A stretch of DNA of 64,000 nt from a virus (taxonomy: Duplodnaviria; Heunggongvirae; Uroviricota; Caudoviricetes): positions 255,627-319,626 of IMG/VR virus record IMGVR_UViG_3300029305_004950; one strand, written 5' to 3'. Both the position numbers and the translations under genes were made by a program. Below are positions 36,019-47,615 of the stretch, piece by piece; the first letter of the stretch is position 1; each line of letters begins with the position of its first letter. The notes under the pieces are model-generated. The model had not been told where the DNA came from. It searched no databases and saw only the letters and a list, made by a program, of their open reading frames with translations.

Positions 36019-39000
36019 TTGTTAATGCCTAAAGATTTTGGTAAGAATTTAGCTAAATCCTTTAAATATGGAGTAGTAGATACTTTTTTACAGAATACTG
36101 CTCCTGATATTGCTGAAACTTTAAAGTCTAATAAAGAAGATTTACAATCATTATTAGATAGTGGTGCAGTTAAGGGTTTAACTAAAAAAGATGTAGAAAC
36201 TATGCTTAAGAAGCAATCTACTGAAATTAAAAAAGGATTTACTGATGTAAGAAAGAATCTGATTTCTGATTTAAAATCTGGTAAATGGTTTGGTAATCAG
36301 GAACGTAGTAGTAAATCTATGCAGGATTCTATGTTTGGTGACATGGGTGATCTATTTGGTGATGATGATTTCTTAAATGGACTAGATTTTGAAGAAGGAA
36401 CTTTTACTAGTAGTAAAAATTCTAAATCTGGTGATATAGATTTCAATTTCGAAACTAAAAATGAAACTAATGTTACTGATAATAGAACTAATGTCAATAA
36501 TATAACTCAAATCCAAAATAAAGTAGATGGAAAACTATTAGCTAGTGTTACTGGACAGATGGTTAATAGTATGAGTACAATTTCTACACAAATAAAACAA
36601 ATTTCTCAATTCCATTTAGATGAAACTAGACGTTATTATAACGATAGTTTATCTCTATTAACTGAAATAAATTCTACATTAAAGAATGTTTATACATTAC
36701 AGACTCCAGCTGGTAAAAAAAGTGTATTAGATAGTATCTTTATTGGAAATACTATAAATTTAAAAGAGTATGGTAAGGCTTTATCTGGTAGTATGATGAG
36801 CGGTATGTTAGATAAGGACAATATGGAGATGTTGAAAATGATGGGTCAAACCATGATTGCAGATCCTATTAAAACTGCTCTTGATTTTGGTATGGATAGT
36901 ATTATACCTAAAGCTATTAAGAAAGGTATGAGTGAGCTAAATAATGCTTTTGTAGATACTACTAAAACTCTAATAATGCAATTAGCTGAAGGTAAAAAAG
37001 GCAAAGGTACTGGTTTACAAAAATTACTAGGTGGTTTACTTGGTTTAGATTTAGGTTCATCTGCTAAAGTAAAGTTTGAAAATAAAGCTGTTCCTTTTGA
37101 TAGTGAAACTAAACGAGCTATTGTCACTACTATACCTGAGTTATTACTTAGAACAAATAACACATTGGCTAACATGGGTGGTACTGGTGGAGGAGGAAAA
37201 AGTCTTAGAATTGATCCTGAAACTGGTTTACCTACTTATGAAAAACTTAAAAAAGTTAGAAGATTTGATAACAATTTTGCCAATAAGTTAGTCGGCGATA
37301 AGTATGATTATAGTAATGCTGGTTTATCTGATAAGGAATTAGCTGCACAAAAAGAAATAGATAGACTAACTAAAAAGATTAAAGAACTAGAAGATAAAAA
37401 ACAAGGTTTTTGGGATGTTAGTCAAGATAAAAATATAGCATTAGCTAAAAAATTACTAAGTAAACGAGAAGATAGCTTATCTAAAGAAGCTAAGAAGAAA
37501 ATTAGTGCCGCTAAAACTACTAGAGGTGAAGATTACGAAGAGTATTCTGAACTACTTTACAAGTTTGCTACTAGTCTTGGTAAAGATAGAAAATATGGTA
37601 TAAGTAGTAATGCTATAAAAACTATAACTGCTAAAGAGTTTGATAGACGTAAAGCTGGTGGAACTGTATCTGATGATAGTTTTGATGAAGCATTAAGTAA
37701 ACTATCTGACGATCAAAAGAAAGTTTTTGCTAACATACTAAAAGATGTAGGTGCTAATAACAAACGAAATTATACTCCAAACAAAAATAAAGGCATTGGA
37801 GAAATTTGGTCTGATAGTAAATTAGCAACTATTGGTGATGGAAAAGTTGGTATTAAAAACTTTATAAAAGTTTTTAATCAATTTAGCGATACATTAGCTA
37901 AACAAGTATTTGGAAATATCAACAGAGGTCTTTCCAATTTCATGTTTGGTAATGAAAAAGGTTTTAAATCAAATATAGGTCAGAAAATTGGCGACTGGGC
38001 AAAGAAAAACGAAAATGGAGAAGGTTTTAAAGGTTGGGTTGCCAAAAAAACTAGTGGATTTATAAAATCTAGAGAAGACGCTAGAGAAAAAAGAGAAAGA
38101 GAAATGGCTAGAGATCAGCAAAGATCTCGTATTGCTGTCGAAGAATTACTGAAAGAAGCTACTAGTGAGAATTGTATTTCCGTTGATTTAAAACGTATAA
38201 GTACTAAAGCTAAAGAAGCTTTTACAGATGCTCAGACTGCAGCTGCTGAAAAATTAGGTGTAGATACTGAAGGTAAATCTGGCAAAGATGTTAGAAAAAG
38301 TATTAAAGATGTACTTACTGGAAAACTTAAATCTAAGATCATTGGTAATAGAGATTATGATGCTAATGATCCAATAATGAAACTTTTAGGTTTACGTATT
38401 AGAGATGGTATTAAAGAAGCCTTTGAAAGTAGTAAAACTAAAAAGGGTGGAGTAATCAATACTATTTCTAATGACTTTGTAGGTTACTTAAAAGACAATA
38501 AGTTTGTAGAAAAATGGCAAGAAATTGGAACGACTATGATTGATGAAGTTCGTCATATGGTTCGTTCAACTATTACATTAACTGCAAAGTTAGTTAAAGC
38601 ATATTATAAAACTATCTTTAGTTTTGCTAAAGGTATCTTTGGATTCATTGGTAAGTTAATTCCTAAAGGTAAAACTAAATCTTTTGCTCGTGAAATGGGC
38701 GAAAGATTTATGGGTGTCACTAATTTCTTTGAAAGACGTAAAGAAGAAGTACAAACCCTTCAATTTAGACGTTTAGGTGGTAAACTAAAAGATGATGGTA
38801 CTATGGATTTTGATAGTTTGAATGATGATCAAATCGCTCAAATGAAGAGTCAGTACAAAGGTCTTTATAATACTGCTAGAAAACAAGGTGCTTCTTTCAT
38901 TTCTGAAGACGCTAAAGCAACTACATCTGCTATGGGTGCTGTTAAAGACCAAGTAGTAGGTATTAGAGACGATATTTCATCAACTGTTATTCCTGCTATG

Positions 39001-42000
39001 TCTGATGTAGCTAATACTATTGTTAATGGTTTTAGAGATATCATTAATGGTAAGAAAAAACCCAGTAAAGTTAAAGCTAAGTCAACTAGTAAGGGAAAAG
39101 TAAAAACTACTATTCAAGGAAAACCTGAAGGTGCTTATGATGCTGATGAAGCTAAACAGGAAAGAGAAGAAAATGAAGCTAAAACTGCAGAACAAAAAAC
39201 TGCTGAAGCTACTGGAGAACTAGTAGAACAAAATAAAAAATCAGAAGGATTAAGAAGTAGTAGATTTAAAAAAATCATTAGTTTTGTAACAATGGGTATG
39301 TTACTCATGCAGGGTGGAACTAAGACTGTTACTACTATTCTTAAAGGTGTTTTTGGTGTTGTTAAAATAGCAGCTAAAGCTATTAAGACTACAGTTAAGC
39401 TTTTAACCGTACCTATGAAAATTCTTGGTGGAATTTTAAAAGCACCTGTAATTGGTAAACTAATTACTTCTGGTTTATTACTTACTACATTATATACTTA
39501 TTTAGCTACTAAAATACAAAAAGGTGTAAGAGCTGTTAAATCTGGTGTAAAGTCTACTATTAGTGGGATTAAGACTGGTATTGGTAATGCTAAACGAGTA
39601 GGATCTGGTATTAAAGGTGCTATTTCTGGTGTTAAATCTGGTAAAGGTATATTAGGTAAAGTAGTTGGTGGTTTCTCAGGATTTAAATCTGGATTTGGTA
39701 GTAAAACTACAGCTACTGCAACTTCTACTGGTGGTCTATCTCTAGATCCTGAAAAAATGACTGATGATCCTGTTTATCAAGCTAAAGCATTAATAGCTCA
39801 AGATATGTTAAAACAACATGGTCTTATTAGTGATATGGAAATGCAGAACGCACAAGCTAACATGGCTAGTGAAACTGCAACCAAACAACAATTAAACAAG
39901 CTAGATTTAAAACAAAAAATGGATGAACTAAAGCAAAGAGCTTTAGGATTTTTAGAAAATCTTAAGAAAACAAAGCTTTATGAAAAAGCTAAATTATTAA
40001 AAGATAAAGCTTTTGATGGTATTAAGCGTGTAATTGAAACTACTGGTTCTGGTATTAAAGGTATTGGAACTGCAGTTCAAGCAATACCAATTGCAGGTAA
40101 AGTAGCGGCAGCCGCCATTGGTGCAGCTGGTTTAGGAGCTATGATTGCTTTAGTTTCTAAGAAGCTAAAAGATGCAAATAGTGATAAAGAAATATCAGTT
40201 AGTGGTGATGATGGTAGTGGTATCTTAGCTAAACTAAAGAAAATGGGTAGTAATAGAAAAGCTAAGAAAGAAGCTAAAAAGGCTGAAAAAGAAGCTAAAA
40301 AAGCCGCTAAATTACAAGAGAAAAAAGAAAAGATTGAAGCTGTTATAAATAGTGAAGAATTTTCTAAATTTGGTTTAGTTAAGAAAGCTTATTGGAAATA
40401 TCAAGCTAAGAAATATGGTGTTTCTATTAATGCTGATCAAACTAATCAAACAGCAGGTGCCATAGCTAAATTAAAAGCTATGAATGGTATTCCTGTTAAT
40501 GATAATTCCGATCAAGAAAAATCTAAAAATTCTTTTGGTAGTAACATAGCTAAATTAGGTAAAGCAGCATTATTTATGACTAATCCTTTATTAGCAGGTG
40601 CTATAACTGCTGGTAAAGCTATTTCTAATGTAGTCTCAAAAGAAAAACATCAATTAGGTGAAGAAAAAGATGGCCTAATTTGGAATGGTGGTAAATGGGT
40701 AAGCAGAGCTTTATTACCTATTGGTACTAGAATTGGTAATTTAATATGGAATGGTATTGCTTTAGTAACTGCTCTTAAAAATACTGAAGAAGAAGACAAA
40801 CAACTTTGGTGGCAAAAGTTAATGTCTATTGGTTTAACTGGTAATGATTTAGATTTCAAAACTACTAAACCTAATAGTTTAAGATCCAGATTAGCTGATT
40901 TTATAAAAGACTTCTGGGGTGGAATTAAAGGTGCTATAGCCAAAATTTTTGGAAAAGATGAATCTTCTAATAATGGAGCTAATGGTACAAATAATAATGG
41001 TAATGTTGTTGATTATGGTACAAATGGAGGAGGTTCTGGTAGAACTGGTAAGATTCCTGATGGTTCTACTGATATAAGGGATTTAATATACGATCCTATT
41101 AAAGTTAAAGCTGCCATGTATGGCAATGTAAATAGTAATAATCCATTACTTCAAAGTCAATATTCAAATTTCCTCCCCAATAATAATGTAAATCCTTTAA
41201 TGTTAGCATCCACTTATGATTCATATAATAGTAATCCATTTAGTGCCAATATAGGTGGTACAGCGGCTGATGGAAGTTCTATGAATTATAATAATGTAAG
41301 TAATGATATTGGCGCTACAGTTTGGAAATTCTTTAAAGATAAAGGATATTCTGATGAAGGTATTGCTGGTATTATGGCTAACTTACAAGCTGAATCTGGA
41401 TTTAAAACTACTAACTTACAAGATACTTATGAAGGTAGTTTAGGTTATAGTGATGATAGTTATACAGCAGCAGTTGATAGTGGAAACTATAATAACTTTA
41501 TACATGATAGTGCAGGTTATGGTTTAGCACAATGGACTTATCATAGTCTAAAGAAAGATTTATTAGATTATGCTAAATCTAAAGGTACATCTGTTGGTGA
41601 TTTAACCACTCAGTTAGAATTCTTAGATAAGAGTTTAAAAGATGAAGGCGTACAAAATGATCTTAAGAATGCTACCTCTGCTGAAGCAGCTGCTAGATTA
41701 ATGATGACAAGATATGAACGACCTGCAGATCAATCTGAAGCAGCTCAAGCTAAAAGAGCTAGTTATGCCACTCAACATTTTAGTAATTATAGTGGAGATA
41801 AGTATTTAGCAAATGTAACTGCAGAACCAAGTGTTGCAGCTCAAGATGGTGCTAAAGATAGTCAGCAAAATAGTCTTTTAAAAGATGCAGCAGGCAAACT
41901 GACAATACCTCCTGGTGCTACAATATATTGTAATAATTCTTGTCAATGGGGTCATGTTGGTATTTCTGATGGACAAGGAAATGTTATCCATAATTCTGGT

Positions 42001-42978
42001 GGTAAAGTTCAAACTCAAACATTAGAAGAATTTTCTAGATATTTTAGCGGTGTTAGTGGATGGGGTTGGAATGGTGGTACTGAACCTCCTGATTCAACAA
42101 AAGCTATTATTGTAGATGTTGCTAAAAATTATCAAAATTACGGTGTTGTACGTGAAGATGGAATGTGTCAAGGTTGGGTTGCTAATGTTCATACTAAAGC
42201 TAATGAATTAGCAGGTACACCTACTGGACATATATCAGCAGCTTCTGCATTACTTGCCTGTAATGAATGGGGTGTAAATAAAGTATTCCCAACTGGAACT
42301 ACATTAGCATATGGTTATCCAGTATCAACGACAGATAAAGCTGGAAATACTGGTTTAATGGATAGTGCTAAGGCAACAATAGCCAAACCTAATCAGATAA
42401 ATAATCTAGGATATACAGATACTGCAACTGGTGGTAATACTAATAAAAATAATACACCAGCAACTTTAGCTAATCCTAAATCTGATATATATGGTACTTT
42501 AAATACTAATAATAATAATAATCTACTAACAGATCAATATTCTAATAATACTAATCCTATAGCTTTAGCTAATCAAAATACTAATAACTACACTCCTTCT
42601 GCAGTCTCTACTGGTTATACAAATACAACTAACGCAGTTAGTGATTATGCAACTACTGCTGGTACAACTACAGCTGCAGTTTCTTCTGGTAATAACTATT
42701 CAGAGATAATAGTAAAACTATCTGCTATTAGTGAAATTCTATCCAATATTGCTAACTATGATAGTAAAACTGCAAGTAGTATTGAGCAGTTCCTCAATGA
42801 ATCTAATAATGATACTAAAACCAATAATAATGGCAATATGGATTTTAGTAAAAGTATAAAAGCCAATTACAATGATACTATTGTAAACAACAATAATGAA
42901 GCAGTATTTACTGGTCGTGTTGGTAATGCTAAAGAAATACTAAGTAACAATTCTAGGTTGATTGCTATGGGTATGTAA
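36019..42978 (+). CDS. Tape measure-like protein with tail lysozyme and amidase/CHAP-like domains
   Basis: 2319 aa, helical and G/A/K-rich; GIAGIMANLQAESG...GYGLAQWT...QLEFL...YERP (phage tail lysozyme); GHVGI...GMCQGWV; late motif at 35971-35982. Confidence 0.85.
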   Translation: MLMPKDFGKNLAKSFKYGVVDTFLQNTAPDIAETLKSNKEDLQSLLDSGAVKGLTKKDVETMLKKQSTEIKKGFTDVRKNLISDLKSGKWFGNQERSSKSMQDSMFGDMGDLFGDDDFLNGLDFEEGTFTSSKNSKSGDIDFNFETKNETNVTDNRTNVNNITQIQNKVDGKLLASVTGQMVNSMSTISTQIKQISQFHLDETRRYYNDSLSLLTEINSTLKNVYTLQTPAGKKSVLDSIFIGNTINLKEYGKALSGSMMSGMLDKDNMEMLKMMGQTMIADPIKTALDFGMDSIIPKAIKKGMSELNNAFVDTTKTLIMQLAEGKKGKGTGLQKLLGGLLGLDLGSSAKVKFENKAVPFDSETKRAIVTTIPELLLRTNNTLANMGGTGGGGKSLRIDPETGLPTYEKLKKVRRFDNNFANKLVGDKYDYSNAGLSDKELAAQKEIDRLTKKIKELEDKKQGFWDVSQDKNIALAKKLLSKREDSLSKEAKKKISAAKTTRGEDYEEYSELLYKFATSLGKDRKYGISSNAIKTITAKEFDRRKAGGTVSDDSFDEALSKLSDDQKKVFANILKDVGANNKRNYTPNKNKGIGEIWSDSKLATIGDGKVGIKNFIKVFNQFSDTLAKQVFGNINRGLSNFMFGNEKGFKSNIGQKIGDWAKKNENGEGFKGWVAKKTSGFIKSREDAREKREREMARDQQRSRIAVEELLKEATSENCISVDLKRISTKAKEAFTDAQTAAAEKLGVDTEGKSGKDVRKSIKDVLTGKLKSKIIGNRDYDANDPIMKLLGLRIRDGIKEAFESSKTKKGGVINTISNDFVGYLKDNKFVEKWQEIGTTMIDEVRHMVRSTITLTAKLVKAYYKTIFSFAKGIFGFIGKLIPKGKTKSFAREMGERFMGVTNFFERRKEEVQTLQFRRLGGKLKDDGTMDFDSLNDDQIAQMKSQYKGLYNTARKQGASFISEDAKATTSAMGAVKDQVVGIRDDISSTVIPAMSDVANTIVNGFRDIINGKKKPSKVKAKSTSKGKVKTTIQGKPEGAYDADEAKQEREENEAKTAEQKTAEATGELVEQNKKSEGLRSSRFKKIISFVTMGMLLMQGGTKTVTTILKGVFGVVKIAAKAIKTTVKLLTVPMKILGGILKAPVIGKLITSGLLLTTLYTYLATKIQKGVRAVKSGVKSTISGIKTGIGNAKRVGSGIKGAISGVKSGKGILGKVVGGFSGFKSGFGSKTTATATSTGGLSLDPEKMTDDPVYQAKALIAQDMLKQHGLISDMEMQNAQANMASETATKQQLNKLDLKQKMDELKQRALGFLENLKKTKLYEKAKLLKDKAFDGIKRVIETTGSGIKGIGTAVQAIPIAGKVAAAAIGAAGLGAMIALVSKKLKDANSDKEISVSGDDGSGILAKLKKMGSNRKAKKEAKKAEKEAKKAAKLQEKKEKIEAVINSEEFSKFGLVKKAYWKYQAKKYGVSINADQTNQTAGAIAKLKAMNGIPVNDNSDQEKSKNSFGSNIAKLGKAALFMTNPLLAGAITAGKAISNVVSKEKHQLGEEKDGLIWNGGKWVSRALLPIGTRIGNLIWNGIALVTALKNTEEEDKQLWWQKLMSIGLTGNDLDFKTTKPNSLRSRLADFIKDFWGGIKGAIAKIFGKDESSNNGANGTNNNGNVVDYGTNGGGSGRTGKIPDGSTDIRDLIYDPIKVKAAMYGNVNSNNPLLQSQYSNFLPNNNVNPLMLASTYDSYNSNPFSANIGGTAADGSSMNYNNVSNDIGATVWKFFKDKGYSDEGIAGIMANLQAESGFKTTNLQDTYEGSLGYSDDSYTAAVDSGNYNNFIHDSAGYGLAQWTYHSLKKDLLDYAKSKGTSVGDLTTQLEFLDKSLKDEGVQNDLKNATSAEAAARLMMTRYERPADQSEAAQAKRASYATQHFSNYSGDKYLANVTAEPSVAAQDGAKDSQQNSLLKDAAGKLTIPPGATIYCNNSCQWGHVGISDGQGNVIHNSGGKVQTQTLEEFSRYFSGVSGWGWNGGTEPPDSTKAIIVDVAKNYQNYGVVREDGMCQGWVANVHTKANELAGTPTGHISAASALLACNEWGVNKVFPTGTTLAYGYPVSTTDKAGNTGLMDSAKATIAKPNQINNLGYTDTATGGNTNKNNTPATLANPKSDIYGTLNTNNNNNLLTDQYSNNTNPIALANQNTNNYTPSAVSTGYTNTTNAVSDYATTAGTTTAAVSSGNNYSEIIVKLSAISEILSNIANYDSKTASSIEQFLNESNNDTKTNNNGNMDFSKSIKANYNDTIVNNNNEAVFTGRVGNAKEILSNNSRLIAMGM

Positions 42979-43093
42979 TTAAAAATATAAGTAGTATTGT
43001 AGATTAAAATACTAAATCTACAATACTACTTTTTATAAAGTAAATAATCTCTCACATAGATTAAAAGAAAGTGTAGGTGAGAATTTAAGATAT

Positions 43094-44974
43094 ATGGCTT
43101 ATAATGTTAATAAAAATACTGAGTATATAATATATGAAGTACAAGATGGTGATACTTATGCGTCAATAGCAGAAAAAAACAATATTACCATGTCTGAATT
43201 AGTTTTATTAAATGACTTTAATGCATTAGATTTAAATACACTATATGTAGGTTCTGTTTTAAAAGTTGGTTTGCGTGATGCAACTACTGGTGAAGTTATA
43301 CGAACTAATACTAAGACAGATAATGATATAGAAGAAATTTTCTATCAAGCTTCTCTACAAGCAATTAGTGTTGATACTGTAACACAAAATACACTAAATG
43401 AGATTAAAGAGATTTATAGAAAAGAAGGTTTAAGTGGAATCACCAATCAGTTATCTTTTTTAGTAGGTAGAGGTTATACCACAGATGAAATTAAGTTACT
43501 TTTAAACGAAGCTAATTTAGATCTTTCTAGAAAAAATAATAATAGTCTAGATAATACTTTAGACATTATTGCTAATAATAAAATTGATAATACGATTTAT
43601 AAAGATTCTGACTATTCTAAAGATTCTATTTTAGGTTTACCTTTTAGATATACTACTTATGCTGATCCTAGAAGAAGAGTTTTTAATAGTACATTCATGG
43701 CTGATGCACCTATAGTTTCTATAATTCCTGGCAAGCCTTTATTCAGAAGTTCAGATGATGATAATAGTGGATTAGGTAGTACTATAAGAAGTTTATTTTC
43801 AGATGATGATGATGCACGTATTTTAAATAATACACTTCCTATGTTTGATATAACTGGAGAAAATGATTATGATGGTATTTTAAAATGGTTAAAAAACAGT
43901 CAACAAAGTGCTGAAGCAAAGGGAGATTTACGATACTATAGATTTCAGGAAGACTATGATACATTTGAACAATATTTAGATATAAATGTTACAACTTTGG
44001 CTGCAAAAATGGGTGTTGGTAGTTTAACAGCAGCTAGATATAAGAGTTTTATGTCTAGTGGACAAAATAGTAATGCTTTTTTAGGTATAGGAAGATGTTT
44101 TAAATTCTTCTGTACTAAAAGTGGTACATCTACATCTGAATCTATTAGTAATGAATTTGCTGATTCTGTATTAGCAAGTACTGCTAATAGTATATCTGAA
44201 GCAGTTCAAGAATTCCATTTCTTAACAGGTAATTCACTTCAAAATCTAGCTTCAACGGCAGGTACTAAAATAGGTGACGCTATACAAAGTGGTGTAGATA
44301 GTGTTGCTGAAATATTTGGTGCTGATAAAGGTGCCAGTGTAGGTGGAGGCTATTTAGGTGGTGCTATTAGTACTGCAGCTGCAGGTAATAAGCTTATTTG
44401 GCCTCAAATTTGGAAAAATTCTACTTTTAATAGATCTTATAATCTATCTTTTGAATTCGTAAGTCCTTATGGAACACCTGAAGCTATTTTCAGATATGTA
44501 TATCTACCTTTTATAACATTACTAACATTAGCTACTCCCAAACAATATGGTACAAATGGTTATTGTAATCCATTTTTAATTAGATTAGAAATGCCAGGTG
44601 CATTTACTTCTGATTTAGCTGTCATTCAAAATATGACTTGGCGTAAAGGAGGTAATGACAATCTTTTCACAGCTGAAGGTCTACCTCTATCTATAACTGT
44701 TGATATAACTGTACAAGATCTATATCCTAATATGATGATGTCTGGAAAATGGTCAGAATTAAGACATAATACTGGAATGCACAGCTTCTTGGATAATATG
44801 GCAGGTCTTTCAGTTGAAAGATTTGATCCTTGGCAAAATATTCAAAATTCTATTTTAGTTAAAGCTGTTAACGTATTGGGTAATGTAGAACGTGATACAA
44901 TTGGAGCTATTAAAACGAAAATCTATGCTCTTACTACAGCGAATAGTATTTTTGGAAATGTGTTAAATCAATAA
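43094..44974 (+). CDS. LysM-domain baseplate/tail-tube-initiator-like protein
   Basis: YEVQDGDTYASIAEKNNIT..EL..LN LysM; C-terminal W.NSTFNRSY.L.F...GLPLSITVDIT (gp48-like). Confidence 0.7.
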   Translation: MAYNVNKNTEYIIYEVQDGDTYASIAEKNNITMSELVLLNDFNALDLNTLYVGSVLKVGLRDATTGEVIRTNTKTDNDIEEIFYQASLQAISVDTVTQNTLNEIKEIYRKEGLSGITNQLSFLVGRGYTTDEIKLLLNEANLDLSRKNNNSLDNTLDIIANNKIDNTIYKDSDYSKDSILGLPFRYTTYADPRRRVFNSTFMADAPIVSIIPGKPLFRSSDDDNSGLGSTIRSLFSDDDDARILNNTLPMFDITGENDYDGILKWLKNSQQSAEAKGDLRYYRFQEDYDTFEQYLDINVTTLAAKMGVGSLTAARYKSFMSSGQNSNAFLGIGRCFKFFCTKSGTSTSESISNEFADSVLASTANSISEAVQEFHFLTGNSLQNLASTAGTKIGDAIQSGVDSVAEIFGADKGASVGGGYLGGAISTAAAGNKLIWPQIWKNSTFNRSYNLSFEFVSPYGTPEAIFRYVYLPFITLLTLATPKQYGTNGYCNPFLIRLEMPGAFTSDLAVIQNMTWRKGGNDNLFTAEGLPLSITVDITVQDLYPNMMMSGKWSELRHNTGMHSFLDNMAGLSVERFDPWQNIQNSILVKAVNVLGNVERDTIGAIKTKIYALTTANSIFGNVLNQ

Positions 44975-45076
44975 AGTTTGTGATACAACTTTTAATTTTT
45001 TAGAAAAAACTCAACGTTATCAATTCATTAAAAATCTAATTACGAATAAGAAATTAGAAGGGGTGAATTAATAACG

Positions 45077-45634
45077 TTGAGTTCTAAAAGTGATATAAAA
45101 AAAGAAGATAAGGAACTATTTAAGTATAAAAAACTTCTTGAAAAAATAGAAAAAGAAAATCCTTGGAAAGAAGCGGAATTTGTTATAGACATTCAGCCAG
45201 AACCATATGCTAGACCTAGAAAGTCAAGAAAACTAGAAATAGCTGGAAAAGCAAATGCTTTTTATAATCCAAGAAGTAATTATAAACGAAAGTTAGCAAA
45301 AGAGATTAAAGATCGAATTAATGAAACTGTAAAAGATTTCAATATCATAGATGGAGAAGTCCATTTAAAGGCTGAATTTGGTTTAATGCCGCCTAAAAAG
45401 TATACTGAAAGTAAGACTAAGTGGCAATTAGTAGTTGATGGAGTTATTACACCTACTGTTAGACCAGATGTTGATAACTGGATAAAACCTGTAATGGACG
45501 TATTGAATAAACTAGCCTATGAAGATGATGGTCAAATTACTGACTTACATACTATTAAGGTTTATTCTATTTTAGATCATCCATATATCCATATTTGGAT
45601 TAGATATAGGCAAAATCCTATAAAATTAAGATAA
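45077..45634 (+). CDS. rusA: RusA-family Holliday junction resolvase
   Basis: PEPYARPR and RPDVDNWIKPVMDVLNKLAYEDDGQI. Confidence 0.9.
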   Translation: MSSKSDIKKEDKELFKYKKLLEKIEKENPWKEAEFVIDIQPEPYARPRKSRKLEIAGKANAFYNPRSNYKRKLAKEIKDRINETVKDFNIIDGEVHLKAEFGLMPPKKYTESKTKWQLVVDGVITPTVRPDVDNWIKPVMDVLNKLAYEDDGQITDLHTIKVYSILDHPYIHIWIRYRQNPIKLR

Positions 45635-45652
45635 AGGAGGTTTGTATTTACC

Positions 45653-46192
45653 TTGGCTAATATAGAAAATTTAGATACTTCAGAAATTCTGACAGAACAG
45701 GATTATAAAGATATGAGAGATATACAAGATATAAAGAAACGTGTAATGTCTTATGTAGATATTCCTATTTTAATTGATTACATTACATCTTTAATAGATA
45801 AATCTCCTTATCTTACTTTTAAGAATGATAGATCAAGAAAATACATTGATAAACGTAGACCTATTTTCTACATAAAAGTAGAAAAAGATAGAGCAATGGA
45901 ATCTAATGAATATAGTACTAGAAATAGATTTACCAGTCAAAATGAAGAAATTAAGTATCTTTCCAATATTGTATTTATGGAAGTAATTACACATGTAACT
46001 AGATACATTACTGAAAGTTTAAAAAATAATCCAGATTTAGAAGATTATGTAGCTAGTAAAGATATTTTTAAAGATGTAAGAAAAGAAAATAGAAAAATTA
46101 TAGCAGATCATACTGCAGTATTATCTACTATGTTTGGAATTAGATTTTCTCAGGAAGATAGTACTATTATTACACTAGAAATGCTAATTTAA
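45653..46192 (+). CDS. Hypothetical protein
   Basis: TTG start with AGGAGG RBS. Confidence 0.7.
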   Translation: MANIENLDTSEILTEQDYKDMRDIQDIKKRVMSYVDIPILIDYITSLIDKSPYLTFKNDRSRKYIDKRRPIFYIKVEKDRAMESNEYSTRNRFTSQNEEIKYLSNIVFMEVITHVTRYITESLKNNPDLEDYVASKDIFKDVRKENRKIIADHTAVLSTMFGIRFSQEDSTIITLEMLI

Positions 46193-46238
46193 AAAAAATC
46201 CCTTAAGGACTATTTTGTCCTTAAGGGATTAAAATTTT
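46192..46238. terminator. Bidirectional terminator between convergent genes
   Basis: AATCCCTTAAGGAC/GTCCTTAAGGGATT stem flanked by A and T runs. Confidence 0.8.
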
Positions 46239-47587
46239 TACTTACGATTAAAGTTAATAGTCTTCATTATAGACTTTAACTGAGAATTAGAGATATTGAA
46301 AATTTTACTAGTGAATAGAGTTTCTAGTAGAGTATACTCAGTAATAGTTTCAGCTAGAATAAGATCCATCTTAACACCAGTTTCATTATTACTTTCACTT
46401 AGTAAACCAGCATGATAAGCTACATTACCTTCTAGAAGATTTCTAAATAGAGACTTAGAATTTCTTTCGATATAACGAGATTTACCAAAAATGTTTAGGA
46501 ATTCAGTAGATTCACTTTGATTAGCATTGACAGAAACATTCTTACCGTCAGTTTTAATGGTAATTTCCATAGTGTTATTACTAGATTGTTCTGCATCAGC
46601 TTCAATAGAAGGTTCTTCAGCAGAAGTATTATCTAAAGCTTCTTCAGTATTTTCACTATCAGAAGTAGCATCATCTAAAGTACCATCTGCAGTCATATCC
46701 TCAGAACCTTCAGTAGGTTCTTCTAGATTTTCATCTTCACCAGATTCTAGATCGTCTAAACCTTCATCACTATCATCTAGCTCTTCATCTGCAGTTTCTT
46801 TTTCCATTTGATCTAGTTCTTCATCAGAAAGTTCATCCTCTTCAGAATCTACATCTTCGCTATCATCGATATCTTCATCATCGTCTAAAGAATCAGCTGC
46901 ATCAGAAATCTCTTTCTGCATCTCATCTTCATCTTCTTTTTCTTCTTCTTTCTTTTTAGAAATTTTCTTTTCCTGTTTAATTGTATCACTTACCTTACCC
47001 TTAACAGTATCAGCAATTTCATCAGAAAGATCCTTAGATTTCTTAGCTTCAGATAAGATTTCATCAATAACAGATTCACTGAATACATCTACGGAATCTC
47101 TATTTCTAATCTTTTCTTTAACCAGACCAGATAACTCATAGTAAGCATCTTCCATTAAAAGATTACCATTCTTAGTGAAGCTATTTTCATTAATAACACC
47201 TTCATTAATCATGCTTTCAATATAAGTTGCTATTTTAGAAGTTAAACTTTTTTGTTCATTGATGAATTCTTCATCAAAAACTAAACTAGAAACTACCATT
47301 TCAGCAAGATATTTAGCAAGAGTTTTATTAGTTAAATTTTTCTCTAACTTAACGTCTTCTTGTAGTCTCTTTTTTCTCATAAGAGTGCGATTATTAATAA
47401 GATTCTTAGCATTTTGCTCTTTTTGTAGATCAGCCTGAACCTGTTCTTTATAGAGATTGATCTCTTTTTCACTCTTTAAAGATTCATTATAGTTTTTTAA
47501 ATTTTCTTGTATTCTAGCGTCTCTTTTAGCTGCATTTGTTTTACTATATGGTAAAATTTCAGTCTGATTGAAATTAAAAAAACTCAT
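46238..47587 (-). CDS. Acidic virion/head assembly (scaffold-like) protein
   Basis: Long D/E-rich centre, several L-x-E sites, located in a structural operon. Confidence 0.5.
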   Translation of the reverse strand: MSFFNFNQTEILPYSKTNAAKRDARIQENLKNYNESLKSEKEINLYKEQVQADLQKEQNAKNLINNRTLMRKKRLQEDVKLEKNLTNKTLAKYLAEMVVSSLVFDEEFINEQKSLTSKIATYIESMINEGVINENSFTKNGNLLMEDAYYELSGLVKEKIRNRDSVDVFSESVIDEILSEAKKSKDLSDEIADTVKGKVSDTIKQEKKISKKKEEEKEDEDEMQKEISDAADSLDDDEDIDDSEDVDSEEDELSDEELDQMEKETADEELDDSDEGLDDLESGEDENLEEPTEGSEDMTADGTLDDATSDSENTEEALDNTSAEEPSIEADAEQSSNNTMEITIKTDGKNVSVNANQSESTEFLNIFGKSRYIERNSKSLFRNLLEGNVAYHAGLLSESNNETGVKMDLILAETITEYTLLETLFTSKIFNISNSQLKSIMKTINFNRK

Positions 47588-47615
47588 ATTCTTAAAACAC
47601 CTAACCTTTCTTTAC

